This document shows positions 19,018 through 29,647 of a DNA stretch of 64,000 bases, one piece after another. The DNA comes from Bdellovibrionota bacterium (lineage in GTDB: Bacteria; Bdellovibrionota_C; UBA2361; CAKMMH01): positions 224,001 to 288,000 of the forward strand of contig JBMNLI010000012.1 in assembly GCA_050952645.1 (NCBI GenBank), read 5' to 3'. How positions within the stretch are numbered: the first letter of the stretch is position 1; each line of letters opens with the position of its first letter. Under the pieces are notes generated by a model. That model ran no database searches. It was not told the DNA's origin and saw only the letters and a list, made by a program, of their open reading frames with translations. The position numbers and the translations under genes were made by a program.

Positions 19018-20995
19018 ATGGATTATATGGAAAGGAAAGATTGGATATTATTTACTTTGCTTTTGCTATTAGGTTTAGCGTTAAGATTAGATTTTTTAAT
19101 TGCTAATAATTTTACTATCGACTCTGATGAGGCGATAGTCGGGATTATGGCAAAACATATAAATGAAGGGATAGCAAGACCAGTGTTTTATTATGGGCAA
19201 CACTACTTAGGAAGTCTTGAAAGTATGATTGCCGCTTTGTTCTTTAAAATTTTTGGAATAAATGAGATTTCTCTAAAAGCAGTGCCACTTACGTTTTCCA
19301 TTATTTTTATAGCACTTATATTTTTTCTTACTAAAGAGATTTTAAATAAAAAATATGCTTTTTTTGCTATGCTTTTAGCTAGCGTAGCGCCGTCGAGTTT
19401 AATAATTTGGTCTGGAAAGGCTCGCGGAGGGTTTATTGAGGTCGTTGTACTTGGAGCTTTAGCGATGCTTCTATCGTTTAAATGGCAAAAGAGCGAAGAT
19501 AAAAATAAGCTTCTTACGTTCGTTATAGCTGGAGTTTTAGGTCTAGGCTGGTGGGTAAATAATCAGATTATATATTTTATACCAGCGATTATCATTATTT
19601 ATCTAACGAGAATCTTATGTGATAAGCGTGATTATCTAATTAAAAAAAGACTAGCCATATACGACCATTTTCTAATTGCAGTCGTAGGTTTCTTTTTAGG
19701 GAGTATATTATTTTGGATATATAATTTTAGACACAATTTTATCTCTTTTGAAATGCTACAATCAGACCCTACGAACTTTATAGAACATGCAAAGAATTTT
19801 TTTAAATACTCGCTTCCTATTATCTTAGGAGCTAAAAGGTATTGGTCTAAAGCAGATATTTTTCCATATTTAACTTTGATTTCATATTCTTTACATATAT
19901 TTTTAGTTTTAGCTTTTACATTTTATAAGAAAGAAAAAAAAGAGGTTATAGGAATTTCTTATGGTGGAAGTTTCTTAGTTGTTTTTATTTCAACATTCTT
20001 TTTTTTCTCGTATAGTAAGTTTGGAAGTCTATATTTAGCTCCGAGATATTTACTGCCTCTATACGTTATAATATTTCCAGTGTTAGGTGTAGCGATAGGA
20101 AAGCTTTACGATAAAAATAAATTTTTAGGTATAACTTTTCTAATCGCTTTGCTATCTTTATATTTAATAAGTGATTATGGAAAAAGGAGAGCTCTTTTAG
20201 GAGAACCGTTAATATTTGAGGAACAACGAGCATCTGATGATCATAGCGATGTAATTTCATGGCTTAGAAAAAATAAGATAAATGTAATAAGGACAAATTA
20301 TTGGATAGGTTATAGACTTGCGTTTGAAACTAAGGAAGATATTAAGTTTTTAGTTTCTGGTATTCCTCATACGATAAGAATAAAAAGTTATGAAAGTTTA
20401 GTCTCTGATGATAAGAGAGATTTAGTTCCTTTTTTAGCAGTCCCTAGAGAAGCTAGATATATCAGAAATGCTTTAACTTACTTAGGTTTTAGTTATAAAC
20501 AAAGAAGATTTAAAAACTACAGACTTATATATAATATTAAGAAAAACTATAACGATAGCGATTTAGTGCAAGTTAGTAAAAACTTAATTTCGATAGAGGT
20601 TTCAGATAACGAAGCGTTAAAACACGCTATAAACGACAGCAATATTGAAACTAGATGGGGTTCAGGAAGAGGACAAGCTTCTGATATGTATGTAAAATTT
20701 AGTTTTGCTATTCCTACTAAGTAGATATTATAGAATATATTTTAGGCAATTGGGAGCATGATTATCCTAGAGAGCTTGAGATAAGAGGGGTAAATAAAAA
20801 AGGTGAGGAAAAATTTTATTAACTCCAAATGATTATAAAATGTTTTCTTATTATTTAGGTTCTTCTTCCTCAAAGCCAAAGTTTAAAATACCTAGCGATA
20901 AATATAAGAGTATTACTTTCTATCAAAAAGGGACTGATTCTTTTTTTGATTGGTCGATAGCTGAGATGAATTTTTATTCGCAGAAAGATAATTAG
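19018..20995 (+). CDS. GT-C (ArnT/PMT-like) membrane glycosyltransferase with C-terminal discoidin (F5/8C)-like domain broken by two frameshifts; uninterrupted ORF ends at 20724
   Basis: DSDEA motif and many TM helices; ETRWGS...DYPRELEI...DWSIAE continues across shifts at ~20719 and ~20810. Confidence 0.75.
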
Positions 20996-21151
20996 TTTTA
21001 ATTGAATTTTATTTTAAAAGCTACTGCGACTACTGCAAGAAAAAGTAGTAAATTAAAAATGATTAAAATAATGAATGCTTTTTTCATAAAAATATTTTTA
21101 TCATAATTATATTAAAAATTCCATAAGTTAATTTAACTCGGAGCTTGTTTT

Positions 21152-22009
21152 ATGAATAAATATAAAGAATGTCTAATAGTCATACCTGCAAGATACGCTT
21201 CAAAACGGCTCGAAGGAAAGCCACTAATAAAAATTTTAGGAAAAGAGATGGTGCAGAGAGTTTATGAAAACGCTATGCTAGTAGCAAATAAGTTAAAAGA
21301 TGTAAGCGTTGTAGTTGCAACTGATGATAGTAGGATTTTAGAATTTTGTAATAATAATAATATAAATGCGCTATTAATCGATGCTCCTTGTAGGTCTGGA
21401 ACTCAAAGAGTGATAAACACTTTGCTTAAAATTAACGATAGCCATATTAAGTATGTAATAAATCTTCAAGGCGATAATCCTTTGTGTCCTCCTTGGTTTA
21501 TAGAAAATATAATAAATGTGTTAAAACGAGATGAAAATGCAGATATCGTAACGCCATGCGTAAATTTAACTTGGGAAAATTTAGATAACTTAAAGAAGAT
21601 AAAAGAAAGCACGCCATTTTCAGGAACGACCGTCGTATTTAACGATAACTTTAAAGCGTTATGGTTTTCAAAACAGATTATCCCTGCTATAAGAAATGAG
21701 AAAGAGTATAGAGAGCAAAGTAATTTTTCGCCAGTATATCGCCACGTAGGTTTGTATGGTTTTAAAGCAGACATTCTTTTAAATAAAATAAGCGGCTTGT
21801 CTGAAACTAAGTATGAAAGATTAGAGGGGTTAGAACAGCTCTCTTGGCTTGAAAATAATTTAAGTGTAAAAGTTATTATAGCTGACTATAAAGGAAGGAG
21901 TGAAATGTCTGGAGTTGATACTAAAGATGACCTTTTACGTGCGGAAAGTATAATAAAAAAAGAGGGAGATTTTAAAGTCGATTATTACGGTTCTTCACGT
22001 TTTAGGTGA
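21152..22009 (+). CDS. kdsB: 3-deoxy-manno-octulosonate cytidylyltransferase; C-terminus changed by MITE insertion
   Basis: IPARYASKRLEGKPL, VATDD, NLQGD, HVGLY, LEQL, GVDT. Confidence 0.9.
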   Translation: MNKYKECLIVIPARYASKRLEGKPLIKILGKEMVQRVYENAMLVANKLKDVSVVVATDDSRILEFCNNNNINALLIDAPCRSGTQRVINTLLKINDSHIKYVINLQGDNPLCPPWFIENIINVLKRDENADIVTPCVNLTWENLDNLKKIKESTPFSGTTVVFNDNFKALWFSKQIIPAIRNEKEYREQSNFSPVYRHVGLYGFKADILLNKISGLSETKYERLEGLEQLSWLENNLSVKVIIADYKGRSEMSGVDTKDDLLRAESIIKKEGDFKVDYYGSSRFR

Positions 22010-22092
22010 GTTAGAAAAATTGTTTTTGGGCTTCGTGGAGGTGAGTGATACTAATTTTAAGGTCTAAAACCCACCTTAAAACGTGAAGAGCC
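21989..22092 (+). mobile_element. MITE family 1, short class (104 bp), inserted in the kdsB 3' end
   Basis: TIRs ggttcttcacgttttaggtg / caccttaaaacgtgaagagcc; flanks gattattac / gattattat. Confidence 0.92.
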
Positions 22093-22128
22093 GATTATTA
22101 TGCATTAGATGAGGCATAAAAAACTAAT

Positions 22129-22779
22129 ATGCAAAATTTAAGAAATATTATTTTAAATATAACAAACATTGAATACAAAGATATAGGAGTGCTTTTTGAT
22201 AAGTGTGAAGTAAAAGAGCAAGTATTAGCCGAGCTTGATAGAATAAAAAACTTTTATTTAACTAAGGCAAGTGTTAGTAAGCAAAACCGTTATCTTATAA
22301 ATGTTTCAGGTATCCCTGGGGCTGGAAAGACTACTTATTGTAAAAAAATCTTGGAAACTTCTAAAGAGTTTAACTATATTTCATTCGATGAAATTATGGA
22401 GCAAATATCGCACTATAAAATTGATGCTAATGTTAATCAAAGAGAAGCCTTTTTAACGTGGGAAGCTCCTGCAAAAATTTTAGGATATGAAATTTTAATT
22501 GAGCTTTTGTTAAAAGGAAGCCCAATTTTGTTTGAACATAGTTCTGCAAACTATGAGCATTTAGAATTGTTTAAATATATAAAAGAACATTTAGGTTATA
22601 AGATAGAAATGGTTTTTATACCGATTGCTTTAAAGGATGCACTTTCTAGAATAAAAAAAAGAGAGCGTGCTACAAAAAGGTATATTCCAGAAGAAATTAT
22701 AGTAGATAGAAAATTTTTTTTACAAGAAGCAATTCCTAAGTATAAAAAAATTGTAGATGTTTATAAGGAGGCAAAATAG
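22129..22779 (+). CDS. P-loop kinase (Zeta toxin/AAA_33-like)
   Basis: Walker A GIPGAGKT, ISFDEIM, lid R-x-x-x-R (SRIKKRER). Confidence 0.75.
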   Translation: MQNLRNIILNITNIEYKDIGVLFDKCEVKEQVLAELDRIKNFYLTKASVSKQNRYLINVSGIPGAGKTTYCKKILETSKEFNYISFDEIMEQISHYKIDANVNQREAFLTWEAPAKILGYEILIELLLKGSPILFEHSSANYEHLELFKYIKEHLGYKIEMVFIPIALKDALSRIKKRERATKRYIPEEIIVDRKFFLQEAIPKYKKIVDVYKEAK

Positions 22780-22784
22780 GTCAT

Positions 22785-23507
22785 ATGAGACAAGCGACAC
22801 TTATAGTAGCAAGACATGGGAACACTTTTTTAAAAGATGAAGTCCCTACTAGAGTTGGCGTTAGAACGGATTTGCCACTAGTAGAAAGTGAAAAAGGAGA
22901 GAGGATAGGAGAGTATTTAAAAAATAACGATTTAATTCCAGATGTAATTTACACATCTTATCTTTTAAGAACTATTCAAACGGCAATTTTTGCTACTAAG
23001 TCTATGGGTCTAAAGGAGGTTCCTTTTATAGTATCTAAGAAATTTAATGAGATAGATTATGGCGTCGATGAAAATAAAGCGGAGCTAGAGGTGTGTTATA
23101 GACTGGGCTTTGAAGCGCTTAATGGTAAAATTAGTGGTAAAATTAATGATAAAATTAGCGATAAAATTAACGATAAAAATTTATCTAATCAAGATTATAT
23201 AGATAAAGGAAAAGAAATAATCGATTTATGGAATAGCGATGCGATACCTCCTAAAGGCTGGCTAGTAGATACAAATAAGATTATAGACGATTGGAAAAGT
23301 TTTAGTAAGGAGATAGAAGAAAAATACCAAGGCAAAAATATTTTAGTAGTAACGAGCAATGGTATAATAAAATTTTTACCACATATTACGAGAGATTATA
23401 AAGAGTGTTATAAAAAGCATGGAACGAAATTAAAAACGGGCGGCATCGCAATATTTGAAAAAGATAAAGACGCTTCTTACTGGACTTGTAAAGCTTGGGG
23501 GGTATAG
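22785..23507 (+). CDS. Histidine phosphatase (phosphoglycerate mutase family)
   Basis: ARHG, DLPL, RTIQTA, EIDYG. Confidence 0.85.
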   Translation: MRQATLIVARHGNTFLKDEVPTRVGVRTDLPLVESEKGERIGEYLKNNDLIPDVIYTSYLLRTIQTAIFATKSMGLKEVPFIVSKKFNEIDYGVDENKAELEVCYRLGFEALNGKISGKINDKISDKINDKNLSNQDYIDKGKEIIDLWNSDAIPPKGWLVDTNKIIDDWKSFSKEIEEKYQGKNILVVTSNGIIKFLPHITRDYKECYKKHGTKLKTGGIAIFEKDKDASYWTCKAWGV

Positions 23508-23621
23508 TTTTCTTTAGGGAGTATAGTTTTAAAGAGAAGAAATGATTTTTAATTTAAATTTAAGTGTTAATAAAAGTGTTAGTTTTATCAAAAGTGTTAA
23601 TTTTATCAAAAGTGTTATAGT

Positions 23622-24074
23622 ATGAATTTTTGTTTTAAAGAAAAGGAAGATAACATTTTAAAAGTAGTTTGGAATAAACTTAATAGGCAATATTTTCCTG
23701 ACTACGATTTATACGATTACAAAGTTGTGTGGAGTAATAGAAGACAAAAGCGCACGCTTGCTTCGTGTAATGTTAAAAAAAGAATAGTTCGTGTAGCAGG
23801 AGAGCTTAACTATAATGAGCATTACAAGTGGCTCGCTCCACTTTTACACCATGAGATGTGCCATGCGGTTATGGCAGAAGGAGCGATAGATTCAAATGGA
23901 AAATTTAAACGTAAGATAAGGTGGCATGGAAAAGATTTTAAAAAACTTGAAAGGTCCCATCCTTTATATAATGATTTTCAATTTTGGATTAAATCTGGCG
24001 GTTGGCAAAGAGCAATAAGGAGTGCTAGGACTAAAGAGTGGTGGAAAAAGGTTAAAAATGTTTTTAAAATATAA
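23622..24074 (+). CDS. SprT-like zinc metalloprotease
   Basis: LLHHEMCH (HExxH) and downstream HGKDF. Confidence 0.8.
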   Translation: MNFCFKEKEDNILKVVWNKLNRQYFPDYDLYDYKVVWSNRRQKRTLASCNVKKRIVRVAGELNYNEHYKWLAPLLHHEMCHAVMAEGAIDSNGKFKRKIRWHGKDFKKLERSHPLYNDFQFWIKSGGWQRAIRSARTKEWWKKVKNVFKI

Positions 24075-24966
24075 AAGATTTTATCTTATTTTTTTTATAG
24101 TGCTATTAGTATCTTTAGTATGCTTATTTTATAAAATGCATATAGATACTTTTAACCTTAAAGTAAATAAAGTAGAACTAGCTTACGATAATCTCCCTAC
24201 ACCTTTAAACGGATATAAAATCGGTTTTGTTTCAGATATCCATTTAGGACCATCTAGTAGCATCGATTTTTTAAATTTAATAATTAAAGAACTTAACTCT
24301 CTTAATTTAGACTTATTATTATTAGGAGGAGATTATATTTGGATTAGAAAACATCGAGTGTTTTCTTTTAAAAGAAATAATTTATATAGCAATACAAATA
24401 ATAAAATTAATATTAGAAATATTTATAAAGATATTATAGATAATTTTTCAAAAGTAGAAACTAAAGATGGCATTATAGCAATTTATGGAAATCATGATAA
24501 TTGGCTATACCCAAAAATATTAAAAAAATTTGCAGATAATAGTAAGATACGTCTTGGAAAGGGAGAAGTGTTTAATATTAAAAAAGGTGATGCTTTAATT
24601 TCAGTTCAAACTTTTGATGACTTTTGGAAGACGCTTCCTAGTAAAAAAGATGTTTATAAGAAATTAGGTAAAAATGAGTTTAGAATTTTGCTTGCTCATA
24701 ATCCAGATACTATAAGTTTCCTAGACCGTTATTTTCCTACTAAGTATAATTTATCACTCTCTGGGCATACGCACGGAGGACAGATTAAGCTTCCACTAAT
24801 TCAAAGAATGTCAAATACGTATTACAACGAAAATATTAAAAAATTAAGCGTGCTAAAAGAAGATAGCACTTATCACTATACATCGACTGGGCTAGGATTT
24901 ACCTCAGTGCCTTTTAGGCTTAATGTGCCACCTGAAATTGCTGTGTTTACATTAAAAAAGAAATAA
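24022..24966 (+). CDS. Membrane-anchored calcineurin-like metallophosphoesterase (likely start ATG 24058)
   Basis: SDIH, GGD, GNHD, AHNPD, SGHTHGGQ. Confidence 0.88.
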   Translation: MLGLKSGGKRLKMFLKYKRFYLIFFIVLLVSLVCLFYKMHIDTFNLKVNKVELAYDNLPTPLNGYKIGFVSDIHLGPSSSIDFLNLIIKELNSLNLDLLLLGGDYIWIRKHRVFSFKRNNLYSNTNNKINIRNIYKDIIDNFSKVETKDGIIAIYGNHDNWLYPKILKKFADNSKIRLGKGEVFNIKKGDALISVQTFDDFWKTLPSKKDVYKKLGKNEFRILLAHNPDTISFLDRYFPTKYNLSLSGHTHGGQIKLPLIQRMSNTYYNENIKKLSVLKEDSTYHYTSTGLGFTSVPFRLNVPPEIAVFTLKKK

Positions 24967-25096
24967 GTAAAATATAATTTAGTCTTTGTGATTTATTGGC
25001 TTTTGTGATTTATTGGCTTTTATGATTTATAGGAGCAAAGATTTACATCTTGCTTATGCAAAGTAGTATTTAAATTATTAAGCTAAATGGTTAATT

Positions 25097-26329
25097 ATGG
25101 ATAAAAAAAAGTTTATTAAATTTTTTTCTTGCTTGCTACTAATTATATTTACACTTTTTAGTATAAAAATAATTTACAATACTAATCTTGCAATGGATGC
25201 AAATTGGTTTTTATCTTGGGTAAAGGAATATGCAAATAAAGGATATAGTTTCACAGAGCCAGATTATCCTCCGTTATATTTACACTATTTATACTTATTG
25301 TCCCTAATTGATAATTTTGCTAATCGCACTATTTTAGTAAAGTTCTTATTACAACTTCCTAATTTTATAACACAATTTTTATTTATCGTAGTTTCTACAA
25401 AAATAATATTATCGCAAAATTTAAATAAATTTTTTTCGTCTTTACTTTTAATGCTTATAGCATTCAACCTAGCTATTATTTACAATTCATACGTTTGGGG
25501 GCAAGTAGATATAGTTCCAACATTTTTCGTAGTTTTAAGCATTCTTATGCTTATCGATAATAAATATAGCTTTTTATCTATTCCTTTTTTCTTATTAGGA
25601 ATATTAACTAAATTTCAAATGATAGCTTTTTTCCCTTTATATTTTGGATTACTACTTAATAGAAAATATAGAAAAAATTTAAAGGAGCATCTTTTATTAT
25701 CTTTCTTGATATCGATAAATGTAATATTGCTAGCTTTTCTTCCTTTTATATTAGAGGGTACTTTTAAGGACGTCGTTTATAATGGCTATATAAATGCTAG
25801 CAATAGATATAATGGTCTTTCACTTTCTGCATCATCTATTTGGGTATTTGCATCGGAAAAAATAGGAGATCACAACACTCCACTATTTCAAAATCTTTCT
25901 TTATCGTATCCTGTATTTCGATTTATCACGTATAAAACGTTTGGAATGTTTGTTTTTTCAGTTTGTAATTTTTTTATATTTTTAAAGGCTTATAATATAA
26001 GGTTTAAAAGAGATGTTTTTACTCTTTTAACGCTTTCTGGGTTAATTTTTTATTTGCCACTTACCGCTATGCATGAGCGATATTTAATTTATACTATACC
26101 GATGGTTTTAATAGCGACCATTTATAACAAAAGGTTGTTTATAATATCTATTTTACTAACTATGATTTCGTTTGTTAATATGTATATATGGATGTGCCCA
26201 ACTTCGCACAATAGGCTAATCCTTAAAGTAAACTGTATCTTACTAATTTTAATTACTTTTTGGATTCTTTTTTACGTTTTAAAAGGTAAAAAACTTTACT
26301 TTTTTAAGAAAAGTATTCATAATAATTAA
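25097..26329 (+). CDS. GT-C fold membrane glycosyltransferase (Gpi18-like mannosyltransferase)
   Basis: DYPP, WGQVD, MHERY motifs and multiple TM helices. Confidence 0.75.
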   Translation: MDKKKFIKFFSCLLLIIFTLFSIKIIYNTNLAMDANWFLSWVKEYANKGYSFTEPDYPPLYLHYLYLLSLIDNFANRTILVKFLLQLPNFITQFLFIVVSTKIILSQNLNKFFSSLLLMLIAFNLAIIYNSYVWGQVDIVPTFFVVLSILMLIDNKYSFLSIPFFLLGILTKFQMIAFFPLYFGLLLNRKYRKNLKEHLLLSFLISINVILLAFLPFILEGTFKDVVYNGYINASNRYNGLSLSASSIWVFASEKIGDHNTPLFQNLSLSYPVFRFITYKTFGMFVFSVCNFFIFLKAYNIRFKRDVFTLLTLSGLIFYLPLTAMHERYLIYTIPMVLIATIYNKRLFIISILLTMISFVNMYIWMCPTSHNRLILKVNCILLILITFWILFYVLKGKKLYFFKKSIHNN

Positions 26330-26433
26330 GATTTTAAAGAATTTTTAAATTTTTATCAGTTTTTTAAGTTTAAGCGATTGATATAAATATATTTAAAAAA
26401 AATACATAGATCTAAAAAGGAGGTGAAAAAATA

Positions 26434-26727
26434 ATGACAGAGGATACGAGTAAAAATTTAAAGCAGGCTCCCTGGGGAAGTGGCGTTCCACCAGTAAGTG
26501 ATAATAAAAACGAAGCCGCTCTAGAGGTTGTAGTAGAGCATGGGATGGATAAGGCGATGAAAATCTTAAAAAGAAAGCTTATAAAAGAGGGATTATTTAA
26601 AGAGTTAAAAGCGCGTCGTTATTTTGAAAAACCTTGTGAAAAAAGAAAGAGAAAACGTAAAGAATCTGAAAAGAAAGCAAGAAAAGAAAATGCAAGGCAA
26701 AAGAGAGGTCAATCGTTGTTTTCTTAA
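26434..26727 (+). CDS. rpsU: 30S ribosomal protein S21 with N-terminal extension
   Basis: KAMKILKRKL...ELKARRYFEKPCEKRKRK; strong AGGAGGTG RBS. Confidence 0.9.
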   Translation: MTEDTSKNLKQAPWGSGVPPVSDNKNEAALEVVVEHGMDKAMKILKRKLIKEGLFKELKARRYFEKPCEKRKRKRKESEKKARKENARQKRGQSLFS

Positions 26728-26743
26728 AGTTTTCTAATTATTT

Positions 26744-26794
26744 AAAAAGAGTGGAAGTTTTTTTAATTATTATAAAGAGCTTTCACTCTTTTTT
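26744..26794. terminator. Probable intrinsic terminator after rpsU
   Basis: aaaaagagtggaag...ctttcactctttttt inverted repeat with T tract. Confidence 0.55.
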
Positions 26795-26943
26795 AATATG
26801 AACTCCTTTTTAATATAAGCCGATTTAAGATTTAGCATAATTTATAAGGTAAACTAATTTATAGAGCAAGCTAATTTATAGAGTAAACTATATAGTTTTT
26901 TAGTAAATATAGTTTTTAAAAGTTTTTTAATATTATTTAGTTA

Positions 26944-28260
26944 ATGAAACTATTAAATAAGTATATATTCAAAGAGATTTTATCGTATTTTAGTATCACT
27001 TTACTCTCCTTAACTGCAGTGCTACTTACCGTGAAGCTTATACAGCTTACCTCCCTTATCGTTAATAAAGGTTTAATATTTTCTCAAATAGCTACAATTT
27101 TTATAGCCATAGTTCCTACGTTTTTAGAAATTGCTATTCCGATGTCTGTGCTTCTAGGTGTGATGCTAGCTTTTGCAAGGCTTTCTGGAGATTCTGAAAT
27201 TATAGTTATGCGAGCTAGTGGGCTATCTTTAATTACTCTTAGCAAGGCAGTTTTTATGTTTGGATTTTTTATTTCCATTATTGCTTTAGGAATTTCGCTT
27301 TATTTAACTCCTTGGGGGGATAGAACTTTAAATACGGTGCTTTATGAGATAGCACGTTCTAAAAGCACTGCTGGGCTTGATGCTGGCTTGTTTAATAAAC
27401 TTGGAAAATTAACTGTATATTCAGAAAGTATAAATCATGCTAGTGGGGATTTAAAAAATGTGCTTATACAAGACGATAGAGCCGATTTAGAAAGGCTTAT
27501 AGTTTCTTTAAGTGGGAAGATTCTATCTGATGATAAACATCAAAGAATCATAATAAGATTACAAAATGGTGATATACACGAAGAAGACCAGAAAAGGTAT
27601 GTGATAACTCATTTTGATACTAATCAAATTATCATCAATGCGGATGAAATATACGATCCTGATGCTAATATTTCTGGGAAAATAAGTAAAAAAATGTCCC
27701 TCAAGCAGCTTAAAAATGAAAAACAAGAGTATCAAAAATCATTTAAACTTTTTAAAGATGCAATGAATTTAGAAAACAATGATTTAAAAGACAAAAAGAT
27801 AGAAAAAAATACTTTCATACCCCTCCTTCCAACTATAACATCACCAGAAAGAGAAATTACTTATAAAGACTATTTAAAACGCACAGCAAATTTAGATCTT
27901 GAAGCTGGGAAAAGGTTTTCAATTCCATTTGCTTGTTTAATTTTAGCAATAGTTGCTATGCCTCTTGGCATTCAGCCTCCAAGGGCGCAAAAAGCTTGGG
28001 GTGCAGGGCTTTCATCGACTATCGGGCTGTGCGTATTTATAACGTATTTTGGAATAATGTCGGTAGCGATGGCATTAGCTGAAAAGGGGAGTTTAAATCC
28101 TTATATAGCTTTATGGATTCCAAATGTAATTATAGCTATTTTGGCAGGAGTTTTATTACAAAAAATGAATTCTGAAAAATGGCAATCAACGGCGCATTTT
28201 GTTGATTTGATTTATAAATTTTTTATTAAGTTTAAAAGAAATAAAAATGATATTAAGTAA
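26944..28260 (+). CDS. lptF: LPS export ABC permease LptF
   Basis: RLSGDSEIIVMRASG, WIPN; upstream of its paralogue. Confidence 0.88.
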   Translation: MKLLNKYIFKEILSYFSITLLSLTAVLLTVKLIQLTSLIVNKGLIFSQIATIFIAIVPTFLEIAIPMSVLLGVMLAFARLSGDSEIIVMRASGLSLITLSKAVFMFGFFISIIALGISLYLTPWGDRTLNTVLYEIARSKSTAGLDAGLFNKLGKLTVYSESINHASGDLKNVLIQDDRADLERLIVSLSGKILSDDKHQRIIIRLQNGDIHEEDQKRYVITHFDTNQIIINADEIYDPDANISGKISKKMSLKQLKNEKQEYQKSFKLFKDAMNLENNDLKDKKIEKNTFIPLLPTITSPEREITYKDYLKRTANLDLEAGKRFSIPFACLILAIVAMPLGIQPPRAQKAWGAGLSSTIGLCVFITYFGIMSVAMALAEKGSLNPYIALWIPNVIIAILAGVLLQKMNSEKWQSTAHFVDLIYKFFIKFKRNKNDIK

Positions 28261-28321
28261 AATATTTTGACTTATAAGAATATATAATTATAAGAAAATA
28301 TAAAAAGATAAAAATTAAAAA

Positions 28322-29428
28322 ATGAAGATTATACACAAATATTTATTAAAACAATTTTTAAAAACATTAAGTATTTCTCTTGTAGGACTGACGGCGCTTT
28401 TTTTATTATTTGATTTTTTTGAAAAGATAGATAAATTTTCCGCCGCAAATGAGCCTCTTATCTCAACATTTTCATATTTGTTTTATAAAATTCCTTATCT
28501 TTTTAGCATTATGATTCCTTTAGCAATCTTGTTTTCTGCCATGATCTCTATCGGGCTTCTTTCAAAGAACTCTGAGATTACTGCTATGCGTGCTAGTGGC
28601 TTAAAGCTATCTTGGCTAATGAAGCCTATTTTGATAACTAGTTTTATACTTTCCTTTTTTTCACTTTTTATAAATGAAACTATAGTGCCTTATGCTACAT
28701 CACGCTCTAGAGATATTTATAATATTGATATTAGAAGAAAGGATCAAACGGGTGGTTATAGTCAAAAAAATTTATGGTGGCGAGATAAGAATGAAATATA
28801 TTCAGCTGAGTTTTTCGACTCGAGAACTAAAACTTTATTTAATGTTTCTGAGTATGTTTTAAAAGGTGGCACGTTTAAAATATATAAGCGAATAGATGCT
28901 AAAAAGGCAGAATGGATAAATCCTTCATTAAAATGGTCTATGCATGGTGTGAAAGAATACTTATTTTTAAGCAATGAACGTGGAACTTATGATTTTAAAA
29001 TGACGAAATATAAATCTCTTCCTATGCTTATCAATGAGACTCCAGAAGATTTTTATAAAGCTAAAAAAGATCCATTTTCAATGAGTTATTTTGAGCTAAA
29101 AGATTTTATGAAAAACCAAGAAAAAACTGGTTTATCTGTAAAGGGGTATGAAGCAGATTTGTATGCAAAAATTTCGTTTCCGTTCGTATGTTTAGTAATT
29201 TGTGCGATAGCTATTCCTTTTGCGTTAAAGCCAGCACGTTCGGGGAGTCTTGCAAATAGTGTTATTGCAGGTTTTACAATCGGATTTTCATATTTTGCAA
29301 TTCATTCACTAAGCGTTGCGATGGGACGAGCGGAGTTATTTCCGCCATTTATTTCAGCTTGGGTTGCAAATATTTTAATGGGATTGATAGCCATTATTTT
29401 AAATATTGGAGCTGAGGATCCGTCTTAA
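28322..29428 (+). CDS. lptG: LPS export ABC permease LptG
   Basis: LSKNSEITAMRASG, AWVAN. Confidence 0.88.
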   Translation: MKIIHKYLLKQFLKTLSISLVGLTALFLLFDFFEKIDKFSAANEPLISTFSYLFYKIPYLFSIMIPLAILFSAMISIGLLSKNSEITAMRASGLKLSWLMKPILITSFILSFFSLFINETIVPYATSRSRDIYNIDIRRKDQTGGYSQKNLWWRDKNEIYSAEFFDSRTKTLFNVSEYVLKGGTFKIYKRIDAKKAEWINPSLKWSMHGVKEYLFLSNERGTYDFKMTKYKSLPMLINETPEDFYKAKKDPFSMSYFELKDFMKNQEKTGLSVKGYEADLYAKISFPFVCLVICAIAIPFALKPARSGSLANSVIAGFTIGFSYFAIHSLSVAMGRAELFPPFISAWVANILMGLIAIILNIGAEDPS

Positions 29429-29647
29429 AACGCTTAAGTGGCTTTTTTAAATTATTTTATATTTAATTTTAATATGATAATTTATTTAATATGATAATTT
29501 ATAAGGAGCGTTTACTGATACGTTTAATATTTAAAGGTGCAGAAAATAGTACAGCGTACAGGAAATAGTTAAGCGTGAAAAAAATTTTATTTAATGAAAT
29601 TAGTAATAAAAATAAAATAAAAATATAAGTAAAAGGAAATTTTTTAT

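Noticed and set aside
22129..22779. Epsilon/Zeta toxin-antitoxin module
   Set aside because: No antitoxin ORF; metabolic operon context makes a small-molecule kinase more likely
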